Shown here: one piece after another, positions 55,944-64,000 of the stretch
Layout: each line of letters opens with the position of its first letter
Numbering within the stretch: the first letter of the stretch is position 1
Origin: Heliomicrobium sp.
GTDB lineage: Bacteria; Acidobacteriota; Blastocatellia; RBC074
Assembly: GCA_021155085.1 (NCBI GenBank)
Contig: JAJNQA010000048.1
Coordinates: 4,023 to 68,022, forward strand
DNA length: 64,000 bases
Direction: 5' to 3'
Made by a program: the position numbers and the translations under genes
Notes under the pieces: model-generated
Database searches by the model: none
The model's input: only the letters and a program-made list of their open reading frames with translations
Told to the model about the DNA's origin: nothing

Positions 55944-57452
55944 TCAGGCCTGTTCAATTAAAAGGTCGTAAAATTTTTCCTGTCTTTGCCGTCCCAGCAG
56001 ATATTTCTCATGATTGCCGGCATTTGGTTCGAAAACTTCTCCCAGCGGCGTCGGCAGTTCGCTGAACTGCTTGATGAACCCGAACGCTTCCAGCGCCAGC
56101 ATCGCGCCGCCCCGGCTGGATGCTTCCGGAACTGCTGAAGCGACCACCGGAACGCCGATCACATCGGCCATCATTTGCGTCCAGACTTTGGACGCCAGAA
56201 TCCCGCCGCCTGAAGCGATGATCCGCGTTTCGCCGGATAATTCGGCTTGCAGGCGTTCGTGAATGGCCGCGAACCGGTAACAGACTGCTTCCAGCGAAGC
56301 GCGCAGAATTTCAATCGGATCGGTGCTCAGATTTATTCCCAAAAACGAAGCGCGTGCCGCATCGTGCCAGCCGGTGCTGCGCTCGCCGGAGAAAAAGGGA
56401 AGTACGGTTAAGCCATGCCCATCGGATTCCAGCGAACCCAATCGGGCTTCAATTTCATCGCCGTCAAGCACCAGGGTTCTTTTGCACCAGGCATAAACGT
56501 CACCAGCGTTCGACAGCGCGCCGCCAATCAGCCCGTACCGGCGATTGGCGCGGTAAAACCACAGCCCGTTCGGAATTTTCACCTGTTCCACCGGCCAGCA
56601 AACCCGCATTGCGCCGGAAGTCCCAACGTTGATCGCAATCGAACTGTGATTGAAACAGCCGGACCCGATATTGCTGCAAGCGCCGTCGCCGACTGACGGC
56701 ATCCATTTGGCCTTTTTGAGCGCAGGCCAGCGGCTGGCGAACTCCGAGCGCATTTCGGTCAAGGCTTCGTGCTCTTCGGCCAGCGGAGAAAGCCGCTCGC
56801 GGCTAAGGCCAATCGCGGCGAGCATTTCATCGTCCCAATCGTTCTTGTTCGGATTGAACAACCCGGTTCCGGTCGCCATGCCGACACCGCAAACAAACCG
56901 GCCAAAGACTTTGGAATAAAAATACTCGCCAATCGAAACGAACCGCGCCACCTGTGCAAACAGCGCTGAATCGGTCCGTTTCAGCCACAACATTTTAGCC
57001 GGATAATAGCTGGCGTGCGGCACAACTCCGGTTCGCTGATGAATCCATTCCGCGCCCAATTCTTCAGCCAGCGTTTTGGCGTCCGCCGCGCTGCGCGTAT
57101 CGCTCCAGTTATAAAGCGGCGTGACGGCGTTTCCGTCTTTATCCACGCCGAGCATCGCGTGCCAGAAATTACTGTAGCCGACACAGGCAATCGCTTCGGC
57201 CAGGTCGGGGACAATGGCTTTGGCCTGCTGCAAACATTCGTCAATGGTTTCGCCGATGATCGCCAGCAACCGGTCGGCTTCGATTTCGATGCCGCCGTCT
57301 TGCGTGGCAGTCATTTGGTAATGCGTGCGGCCTTCGATGTTTTCAATGGTGCGGCCTTGCACATCGTACAGCACGGCGCGAACGGACGACGTGCCGACAT
57401 CCAGCGCCAAAACAAAGGGCCGTGTTGCTTCAACCGGAGAAACTGTGGACAT
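55944..57452 (-). CDS. FGGY-family carbohydrate kinase (gluconokinase/xylulokinase-like)
   Basis: It has the N-terminal ATPase motif LALDVGTSSVRAVLYD and C-terminal FGGY motifs (IIASGGGILASKVWTQMMADVIG). The size is 502 aa. Confidence 0.85.
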   Translation of the reverse strand: MSTVSPVEATRPFVLALDVGTSSVRAVLYDVQGRTIENIEGRTHYQMTATQDGGIEIEADRLLAIIGETIDECLQQAKAIVPDLAEAIACVGYSNFWHAMLGVDKDGNAVTPLYNWSDTRSAADAKTLAEELGAEWIHQRTGVVPHASYYPAKMLWLKRTDSALFAQVARFVSIGEYFYSKVFGRFVCGVGMATGTGLFNPNKNDWDDEMLAAIGLSRERLSPLAEEHEALTEMRSEFASRWPALKKAKWMPSVGDGACSNIGSGCFNHSSIAINVGTSGAMRVCWPVEQVKIPNGLWFYRANRRYGLIGGALSNAGDVYAWCKRTLVLDGDEIEARLGSLESDGHGLTVLPFFSGERSTGWHDAARASFLGINLSTDPIEILRASLEAVCYRFAAIHERLQAELSGETRIIASGGGILASKVWTQMMADVIGVPVVASAVPEASSRGGAMLALEAFGFIKQFSELPTPLGEVFEPNAGNHEKYLLGRQRQEKFYDLLIEQA

Positions 57453-57660
57453 AGCGGAATTCCGTTGACGTAAATCAGTTGAATGATGCTCAGTTAAAAA
57501 TTGGATTCGAACCGGCGCGCATCTTAGCCCTGACTGCCAATGAGCGCAATTCTCGCCGACCCGGTTTTTCCAACGTTTTTCCCGTAAAGCTTGCGCTCTT
57601 CATCGTTCGGGCAATAATGGTCGCGACATTTCCATCGGCAAAACAAGGAGAGAAAACTCT

Positions 57661-58287
57661 ATGCGTCATCACCTGAAAATTCTGGCAATCGTGCTGGCCT
57701 GTGGCTTCCTGCTGGGCGCGTCGGCGCTGGCGCAATCAGGCCGCAAGCAGAAGAAAGCCGAAACGCAACCGCCTCCGCAAGGCGTCAATCAACCCGAAAC
57801 CCGCACCGTCGCCGAACCCGAAGTCGCCCCTGAAAAGCCCAAGGAGAAGGAAAAGGGCCCGGAGATTCTGGTTTCGACAGCCATGACCGATTTTGAAATT
57901 CCGAGCTTTTACGCCGACGCTGCGCGCGAAGGCTGCACCAACGAATTCCGGCGAGAGCTGAAAGTCATCGGACTGAATCAGGAACGCAACCAGCATCGCA
58001 GCGATGCGATGAAAGCGGCGAAAGACAACGAAACTTACGTGGTTTGGATTGAACTGACCTACAACCGGATGGGCGGCGGGGCAATGAACGGGCTGGATAT
58101 TCGCTACACGATTTTCGAGCCGAAGACGGCGCGGATTGCCGGTTCCGGGTATGGTTACCCGACGCAACCGTATGGAATGCCGGTTCCACCGCTGGGCGCT
58201 TCGCGCGATCAAGTCTATGTGGATTGGGCGGGACGCGACATTGCGCAGCAGGTGATCAAGAAATTGAATCTGCGAAGCCGGCCTTAA
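57661..58287 (+). CDS. Secreted hypothetical protein (208 aa) with Pro/Glu/Lys-rich linker
   Basis: The signal peptide is MRHHLKILAIVLACGFLLGASALAQ. I recognise no family. Confidence 0.65.
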   Translation: MRHHLKILAIVLACGFLLGASALAQSGRKQKKAETQPPPQGVNQPETRTVAEPEVAPEKPKEKEKGPEILVSTAMTDFEIPSFYADAAREGCTNEFRRELKVIGLNQERNQHRSDAMKAAKDNETYVVWIELTYNRMGGGAMNGLDIRYTIFEPKTARIAGSGYGYPTQPYGMPVPPLGASRDQVYVDWAGRDIAQQVIKKLNLRSRP

Positions 58288-58294
58288 CCTGGGT

Positions 58295-58385
58295 ACGCAT
58301 CGCTTCCAGCGTGCGGGCATTCTCAACACACCAAGTTCTTGCCAAAGGGTCTTTCGCGAACGCCCGCACGCTGGAAGCGATGCGT
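58295..58385. repeat. Perfect 24 bp inverted repeat with a 43 nt spacer between convergent genes
   Basis: acgcatcgcttccagcgtgcgggc (58295-58318) is the exact reverse complement of gcccgcacgctggaagcgatgcgt (58362-58385). Confidence 0.85.
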
Positions 58386-58393
58386 GCCAAGTT

Positions 58394-59149
58394 TCAAAGA
58401 GTGTGACAACTCGTACACGAACGCTGTCCGGAATGATTCTGGGGCAGCGTTTTCTTTTCCAGCCAGGCTTGAGCGCGAACTGCGTAGTCTGTCCCAGGAG
58501 CCTCTTTCACCAGCCGTTCAAAATAGCCTTTCGCTTTGATCAAATCGCCGCGACGATGCCAGCCTTCGGCCAAACCGATCAGCAATTCGCCGCGCGCGTG
58601 GGTTCCGATCTTGTCGAAATAGGGCTGCTGAATTTTGAGCACCTTTTCGTAATCGTTGACCGCCGTTTCCAGCAGGGATTTGGCATGCGCTTCCGGCTGG
58701 GCGTGTTTGGAAGCTTCCAGCAAGACCGCGCCGCGCGGAATCAGCACGGCGACATTTTCCGGCGCCAGCGCGACGGCGTCGCTCATTTCCTTCAATCCCC
58801 GCTGCCACAAGCCCATGCCGTTCGGAAAATCGTTTTTCTGAAACGCCTGCCCGCCTTGCGTGAGCAAGCCTGCGCCGTGCCAGACCAGGGCTTCGGCGTG
58901 CTTGGGCGTTTTGGCCAATGTTTCTTCGCAAAGCTTCATCGCTTTGGCAAAGCGTTCCTGATTGCCGTCGAATCCGGCGAAGAAATCCGCGCGCACCAGA
59001 TGATCGAAGCGTTGTGGTTCCTGCGCGGTTTTGGCGGCGTCCTGTTCAACGGCTTGCGTCGAAGTCGCGAATTGCGCCGTCAGCACTGTCGCGGCGAACA
59101 GCGCCAGCGCCACGATGCGGCGAAAATGACGAGAAACGTGTGGTTCCAT
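58394..59149 (-). CDS. Secreted helical-repeat (TPR-like) protein ending in a CxxCH motif
   Basis: It has a signal-like N-terminus (RRIVALALFAATVLTAQFATSTQA) and a helical-repeat body. The last 12 residues are SGQRSCTSCHTL, which contain a CxxCH motif. It is the last gene of the LytS/LytTR operon. Confidence 0.75.
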   Translation of the reverse strand: MEPHVSRHFRRIVALALFAATVLTAQFATSTQAVEQDAAKTAQEPQRFDHLVRADFFAGFDGNQERFAKAMKLCEETLAKTPKHAEALVWHGAGLLTQGGQAFQKNDFPNGMGLWQRGLKEMSDAVALAPENVAVLIPRGAVLLEASKHAQPEAHAKSLLETAVNDYEKVLKIQQPYFDKIGTHARGELLIGLAEGWHRRGDLIKAKGYFERLVKEAPGTDYAVRAQAWLEKKTLPQNHSGQRSCTSCHTL

Positions 59150-59180
59150 TTTGTCCTCTCCTTGCTTCTGACGGGAAGCT

Positions 59181-59945
59181 TCACCACTGCAAAACTTCCC
59201 GAAGTTCTTTGATGTGGCTGCGGCTGACTTGCACCTGCGCTCCGCCGGTCAACGTCAGCCGCGCCGTGTTGTTGTCGAAGGTCGTGATTTCGCGAACGTG
59301 ATTGAGGTTGACGATCACTTGCCGATGAATGCGGTGAAAGACTTTCGGATCGAGCGAATCTTCGACTTCGGTCAGCGCCGTGTATTTTGTCCAGAACTCG
59401 CCTTCCGCCGTGGTCACGCAGACCAAGCCGCGATCCACTTTCAGCGACGTCACCTGGTCAATATTCAAAATCAGAATCCGGTTGCTCGCGCGCACAGGCA
59501 GCCGCTGCCAATAGCCCGCGGCGGGTTTGCGCTGCGTTTGCAGGAACTGCGACAACTGTTTGCCCGCCTGTTCCCGCGAAGCCATCCGTTCGCGCGCTTT
59601 GGCCACGGCCATTTCCAGCCGCTGCCGGGGAACCGGTTTGAGCAGGTAATCAATTGCGCTGACCTCAAACGCATTGACCGCGTATTGATCGTACGCCGTG
59701 ACGAAAATGACCAGAGGCAGGGAATCGCTTTCCACCAGCTTTAACACTTCAAAACCGTCCAGGTCCGGCATCTGCACGTCCAGGAAGATCAGGTCCGGGC
59801 GCTCGGCTTCAATCAAGGCCACCGCCGCCGCGCCGTTCTCGGCTTCGCCAGCGATTTCCAGATCGTCAAAGCCGGTGAGCATCCGCCGCATGCGGCTGCG
59901 CGCCAATTCTTCGTCGTCAATGATCAGTGTGCGAATGGTTTTCAT
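59181..59945 (-). CDS. LytTR-family response regulator
   Basis: It has a receiver domain (TLIIDDEELARSRMRRML...DLIFLDVQMPDLDGFEV) and a C-terminal LytTR DNA-binding domain (FHRIHRQVIVNLNHV). Confidence 0.9.
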   Translation of the reverse strand: MKTIRTLIIDDEELARSRMRRMLTGFDDLEIAGEAENGAAAVALIEAERPDLIFLDVQMPDLDGFEVLKLVESDSLPLVIFVTAYDQYAVNAFEVSAIDYLLKPVPRQRLEMAVAKARERMASREQAGKQLSQFLQTQRKPAAGYWQRLPVRASNRILILNIDQVTSLKVDRGLVCVTTAEGEFWTKYTALTEVEDSLDPKVFHRIHRQVIVNLNHVREITTFDNNTARLTLTGGAQVQVSRSHIKELREVLQW

Positions 59946-62326
59946 CTTGAAACAGCATGGAGTTCAGGCTTCAGCCTACCGGTTTCCGTAAGGGGAACTG
60001 CAAACGAAACCGTCGCGCCCTGTCCCGGCGCACTGTCAATTTTCAGCTTCGCCGCGTCGCCATAAAGTTTGGTCAATCGGTTGTTGACGTTCGACAAGCC
60101 GACGCCGCGCGTCAGCAACTCACGCATTTCGCCGCTGGCGATGCCGACGCCGGTGTCGGCAACAGAAATACTCAATCGCCCGTCGCGCACCGTTGCGGAG
60201 AGCGTAATCGCGCCGCCTTCGTTGCGCCGCCCGATGCCGTGTTTGATGGCGTTTTCGATCAGCGGTTGAATGGTCAATGCCGGAATCTTCACTGGCAGCG
60301 CTTCCGGCACGACAAACTGGCGAAACTGCAACTTGTCGCCGAGCCGGACTTTTTCCACCGCGACGTAGGTTTCGATCAATTCCAATTCCTGCGCCAGAGG
60401 AATGATTTCCGAGTTTGGTTTGAAGGCGTGGCGGAACAGTTCCGCCAGGTTTTCGATCAACTGTTCGGCGCGCGGCGGGTCTTCGCCAATCAGGGACGCG
60501 ACCGAATTCAACGCGTTGAAGAAAAAGTGCGGATTGATTTGCGCGCGCAGCGCCATCAATTCGGATTGCGCGACCAGCTTTCGCAACTCTTCTTCCGCAA
60601 TGGATTGCCGCCGCCGCGCTTCGTGCAGCCGCAGGTTTTCCAGCGCGCGGCTCAGTTCCGTTGAAATGGTTCGCAGCAAGCGCAGCTCTTCGCTCAAGTA
60701 CGCCTGTTTGAAAGCGCGCGGGCCGATCATCATCAACCCGGCAACTTCTGTGTTGACGCGAACTGCTAACGCCAATTCGGCGCGATTCTTTTTCAGCTCG
60801 TTTTCCAGCACTTCTTCCAGCGCTTCGGGGCCGGGCCAATGCCGGATCAGCGCTCCCGTGTTTCGTTCGTTCAAGCTTTGCCGGAGGTTTTCGGGCAATT
60901 CCCCGGCGGAGACGAAACGTACGGGGTCGGCGGCAAAGGCTTCGCGCAAGGTGTCCGCCGCAACGGTCAGCAAACTGGCTTCGTCGGTCGTCAGCCGCAG
61001 CCGTTCGTTGAATTCGGCCATCAACTGCGCGTACTCGCGGCGGCGGAACAAATGGCGGTCAACCAGTTTGTAAATCCGATTCCGCAGCGGCAGATAAAGC
61101 AGAAAGATCGCCACCCACGGCGCGGCGAACAACACGGGCTGCAACGCGGAATTGGGCACGCGCAGGATTTGCAGCGCCAGCCGGCCTTCGATGAATTGCG
61201 TGTAGCCGAGCGCGAGCGCGATCAATGCCAGCAGCGCCGCGCCGCGTTTGAGCGCAATGTCCATGAACGCGGCTTGATAAAACCGGTACGCCGCCAGCAG
61301 GCCGAGCGGAATCGGCGAAAGCGCCAGCAACAATGCCCAATCGCGCGTCAACCACATGGGCTGCCCGGATGAAGCGATCAGCGCGCGACGGCCAACCATC
61401 CACAAATTCAATCCGTTCCAGCCCAGCCCCAGCAGCGCGACGGTGAGCGCTGCCAGCACTTCCTTTCGCGGTTGAGCCGCGCCGCGCACATCGCGCATCA
61501 GGCGCGCCGCCAGCAGGGAGAAGATGACCACGCCGATCAAAAAGCCGAACAGCGCAACCAATTCCTTGCCGTAGGCTGAAACGACGACGTTTTGATTTTC
61601 CAGATCCTTCAGCCTGGCTTCGGCGGCAGCGGCCAGTTCGGTATCGGGCGCGAGTTGAAGGACTCGCCGCCAGCTTTCGCGCGCACTGGCTTCGTCGCTG
61701 CGTTTGTTGTGCGTATCGCCCAGCACCAAATGCAGGCGCGCTTGATCAAGTTCGCTGTTCGGCTTGCTGGAAACGCTGGCCAGCACGCGCGAAAAATCTT
61801 CCACCGCCTGCAGGTCGCGCCCGAAAAGCGACGGCGAATAAAAATTGAAGTAGCCACGCAATTCGCGAACTTCGGCGTCGTCTGGCGAAAGGCTCACCGC
61901 GCGATCCAGTTCCCGCTGCGCCCGCTGGCTGAGTTCAAAAATCTGACTGGGCGCGGTCAGATTAAATCCCAGTTTCATGCCCAGCAGCGAACCGTGATAG
62001 GCCAGCGCCGTGGCGTTGTCCGGTTCGCGTTGCAACACCTGCTGGAAGGTTTTTTCAGCCTCGGCGCGCGCCCGGCTGTCGCCTTGCAGCGCCGAACTGA
62101 AATAGGCTCGCCCCAGGTCAACACGCAGACCGGCGTTGTCCGGCTCCTGTTCGATTTGCCGGTTCAGCCGTTCGATGTAACCGCGCTGAATCTGGCTCTG
62201 CACCTGCCGGGCGCGATTCCAAACTGAGATTCCGCCAGCCTTTTCATCTACTGACTGCGCGCGCACTTCGCCCACACATGCCAGCAACATCAACAACAGC
62301 CAGAGTTTGAACCGGTTCAATTTCAT
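59942..62326 (-). CDS. LytS/YehU-type sensor histidine kinase with a TPR-like periplasmic domain and multi-TM region
   Basis: It has a His_kinase (PF06580-type) motif (INPHFFFNALNSVASLI) and an HATPase_c domain (LIENAIKHG...DTGVGI). The start is set at the ATG at 62326, giving the signal MKLNRFKLWLLLMLLACVGEVRAQ. The ORF-track TTG at 62380 lies inside a palindromic repeat. Confidence 0.88.
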   Translation of the reverse strand: MKLNRFKLWLLLMLLACVGEVRAQSVDEKAGGISVWNRARQVQSQIQRGYIERLNRQIEQEPDNAGLRVDLGRAYFSSALQGDSRARAEAEKTFQQVLQREPDNATALAYHGSLLGMKLGFNLTAPSQIFELSQRAQRELDRAVSLSPDDAEVRELRGYFNFYSPSLFGRDLQAVEDFSRVLASVSSKPNSELDQARLHLVLGDTHNKRSDEASARESWRRVLQLAPDTELAAAAEARLKDLENQNVVVSAYGKELVALFGFLIGVVIFSLLAARLMRDVRGAAQPRKEVLAALTVALLGLGWNGLNLWMVGRRALIASSGQPMWLTRDWALLLALSPIPLGLLAAYRFYQAAFMDIALKRGAALLALIALALGYTQFIEGRLALQILRVPNSALQPVLFAAPWVAIFLLYLPLRNRIYKLVDRHLFRRREYAQLMAEFNERLRLTTDEASLLTVAADTLREAFAADPVRFVSAGELPENLRQSLNERNTGALIRHWPGPEALEEVLENELKKNRAELALAVRVNTEVAGLMMIGPRAFKQAYLSEELRLLRTISTELSRALENLRLHEARRRQSIAEEELRKLVAQSELMALRAQINPHFFFNALNSVASLIGEDPPRAEQLIENLAELFRHAFKPNSEIIPLAQELELIETYVAVEKVRLGDKLQFRQFVVPEALPVKIPALTIQPLIENAIKHGIGRRNEGGAITLSATVRDGRLSISVADTGVGIASGEMRELLTRGVGLSNVNNRLTKLYGDAAKLKIDSAPGQGATVSFAVPLTETGRLKPELHAVSR

Positions 62327-62353
62327 TCCTGTTATACCGAACACGGCTACAAC

Positions 62354-62464
62354 GTGAGCTTTTTCAACACAAAGGGGCAAAGGTTCAAAGGGACAAAGGA
62401 AGAGTCTTTGACCCCTTGTTCCTTTGATCCTTTGTGTTGAGATGTTTCCTCGTCAAAAGCTCAC
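62354..62464. repeat. About 110 bp imperfect palindrome with 8 bp-phased CAAAGG / CCTTTG units
   Basis: The outer arms are gtgagctttt / aaaagctcac. The inner left arm is cacaaagg-ggcaaagg-ttcaaagg-gacaaagg, mirrored by ctttgacc-ccttgttc-ctttgatc-ctttgtgt. Confidence 0.75.
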
Positions 62465-62494
62465 AGTTCCCGTGAAAAGTATATTTCGCGGTCT

Positions 62495-63319
62495 TCACTT
62501 CACCAGCAGTGCGGCGAAAGCGAATACCGCCACGACCGCGCCCGCCCAGGCTTTTTGTTTCAGCGGCATCGGCTCGCGCGATTCCCAGCGGAAGAGTTTC
62601 GCGGCGACAAAGATGGCGATGACAAAGGTGACGCCCAGCACCGCCAGCGCGGGTGCGATGGCGCGCAAGCCCTGACCTTCGATGATGACGCGGCGCAGGC
62701 TTTCGACCATATATCGCGAAGGCAGCAAACGCGAGATGCTGCGCACCGCCGGAGGCAGGAATTCCAGCGGAAACGCCGCGCCGCCCAGGAACATCAGTGG
62801 AAAGAAAAGAATGTTGCTCATCACCTGCGCCGATTTGGAGTTATCAGCGATGCTGGTGATGATGAAGCCGATGGCCAGGAAGGCCAGCGCGCCAATGCTG
62901 ACGGCGATCAGCAGCACCGCCGGATTGCCGTTGATTTTCATCCGGTAATAGGTCGCGGCGATCGCCAACTGCAAGCCGATGGTGGTCAGCAGCACGACAT
63001 AAGAAGCCGCCAGTTCGCTGCTGATGATCATCCAGGATTTAATCGGCGTCAGGCGGTAGCGCCGCAAAATGCCGCGCTCGCGCATCGTCACCAGGCCGAT
63101 ACTCAGTCCGAAAAAGCCCGCCGACATGGCGCTGATGCACAGCAGTCCGGCCATCAGCGGGGGCAGCCGTTCCGGTTTCCCGCCGCTGAAGACCGTCGCG
63201 AACAGAAACAGGAAAAAGAGCGGAAAGATATACGTCCAGAAAATTGCCTGCCGGTCGCGGAAGGTCAGTTTCAGATTCATGGTTGTGTTGCTCAGCCAGG
63301 CAGCCAGGGTGTGGGTCAT
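62495..63319 (-). CDS. ABC-2 type transporter permease
   Basis: It has six predicted hydrophobic segments and the ABC-2 size of 274 aa. It is translationally coupled to the upstream ATPase by an ATGA overlap. Confidence 0.8.
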   Translation of the reverse strand: MTHTLAAWLSNTTMNLKLTFRDRQAIFWTYIFPLFFLFLFATVFSGGKPERLPPLMAGLLCISAMSAGFFGLSIGLVTMRERGILRRYRLTPIKSWMIISSELAASYVVLLTTIGLQLAIAATYYRMKINGNPAVLLIAVSIGALAFLAIGFIITSIADNSKSAQVMSNILFFPLMFLGGAAFPLEFLPPAVRSISRLLPSRYMVESLRRVIIEGQGLRAIAPALAVLGVTFVIAIFVAAKLFRWESREPMPLKQKAWAGAVVAVFAFAALLVK

Positions 63320-64000
63320 TCGCGGATTCTCCTTCCCGTCAATTCGATGAAAACGTCTTCCAGCGTTGGCCTGGTGATGTGGAGGTCAATCAACTCGTGC
63401 TTTTCAGCTTCCAGCCATTTGATTAATTCGATGATTGAACGCGTTCCGTCGGCGCTGCGCAGTTCGTAGGTTCCCAGGCTTTCGGTCACGGCGGAAACGA
63501 AAGGCACCTGGCGGAGTTCGGCCAAAGCCACGGCTTCCGTCGTGCGGAATTCGATTTTGATTTGATCGCGTGAACGGCTGATCAATTCCTGCGGACTGCC
63601 GACCGCGATGATTTGGCCGTGATCAATAATCGCGACCCGGTCGCAGAGCTTTTCGGCCTCTTCGATGTAATGCGTTGTCAGAATGACGGTCTTGTTGGAC
63701 TGCCGCAGCGTGTCAATCACGTTGTGCAGTTCGCGGCGGGCTTGCGGATCCAGACCCGTCGTCGGTTCGTCCAGGATGATCACTTCGGGATCGTTGACCA
63801 GCGCCAGCGCAACGGCCAGGCGTTGCTGCTGTCCGCCCGAAAGCGTCTCGAAACGGCTGCCGGCTTTTTCTTCCAGTGAAACCAGTTTCAGCAATTGATC
63901 CACGTCGGCGCGCTGGCGATAAAAACTGCCGAACAGTTGCAGGGCTTCTCGAACGCCGATTTTGTCGGGCAGCGCGGTTGCCTGCATGGCCACGCCGATG
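63316..64000 (-). CDS. ABC transporter ATP-binding protein (N-terminus beyond the window end)
   Basis: It has the signature LSGGQQQRL and Walker B VIILDEPTTGLD. No Walker A is seen before the window edge, so the 5' end is truncated by the window. Confidence 0.85.
   Translation of the reverse strand, partial: IGVAMQATALPDKIGVREALQLFGSFYRQRADVDQLLKLVSLEEKAGSRFETLSGGQQQRLAVALALVNDPEVIILDEPTTGLDPQARRELHNVIDTLRQSNKTVILTTHYIEEAEKLCDRVAIIDHGQIIAVGSPQELISRSRDQIKIEFRTTEAVALAELRQVPFVSAVTESLGTYELRSADGTRSIIELIKWLEAEKHELIDLHITRPTLEDVFIELTGRRIRE

Overview
The window is a 64 kb, high-GC chromosomal segment of about 58-60% GC by eye. It most likely comes from an Acidobacteriota-type Gram-negative bacterium, because its TonB-dependent receptors carry N-terminal CarboxypepD_reg modules and it encodes many secreted CarboxypepD_reg-repeat proteins. 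No rRNA, tRNA or CRISPR array is visible.

Housekeeping blocks:
- bamA-skp-skp-lpxD-fabZ-lpxA
- a clpC-like gene
- a lolD-like ATPase
- lpxC, rpsU and purD
- tal plus an FGGY-family kinase

Accessory blocks:
1. Two tandem TonB-dependent receptor paralogs (1-5022).
2. A 10.5 kb array at 7196-17680 made of three diverged copies of a translationally coupled two-gene cassette. Each gene encodes a secreted five-module beta-sandwich (CarboxypepD_reg-like) protein, and a conserved double-hairpin element sits at the cassette boundaries. I consider this the best candidate for an undescribed system.
3. An orphan DUF790/Bax1-like nuclease gene.
4. An intact IS982-family element next to an AT-rich, ORF-poor stretch.
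5. A divergent pair of DUF885 genes.
6. A MacAB/DevCBA-like efflux operon with two FtsX permeases.
7. A pair of large secreted paralogs with Cys-bracketed ~70 aa repeats and a shared, unrecognised 147 aa Cys-containing C-terminal domain.
8. A LytS/LytTR two-component operon followed by a secreted paralog of the kinase sensor domain that ends in CxxCH.
9. An ABC-2 exporter.

Intergenic DNA is rich in several unrelated families of GC-rich palindromes. All calls come from reading the ORF translations and the DNA. No database search was run, so family names are recognitions from motifs and need HMM confirmation.
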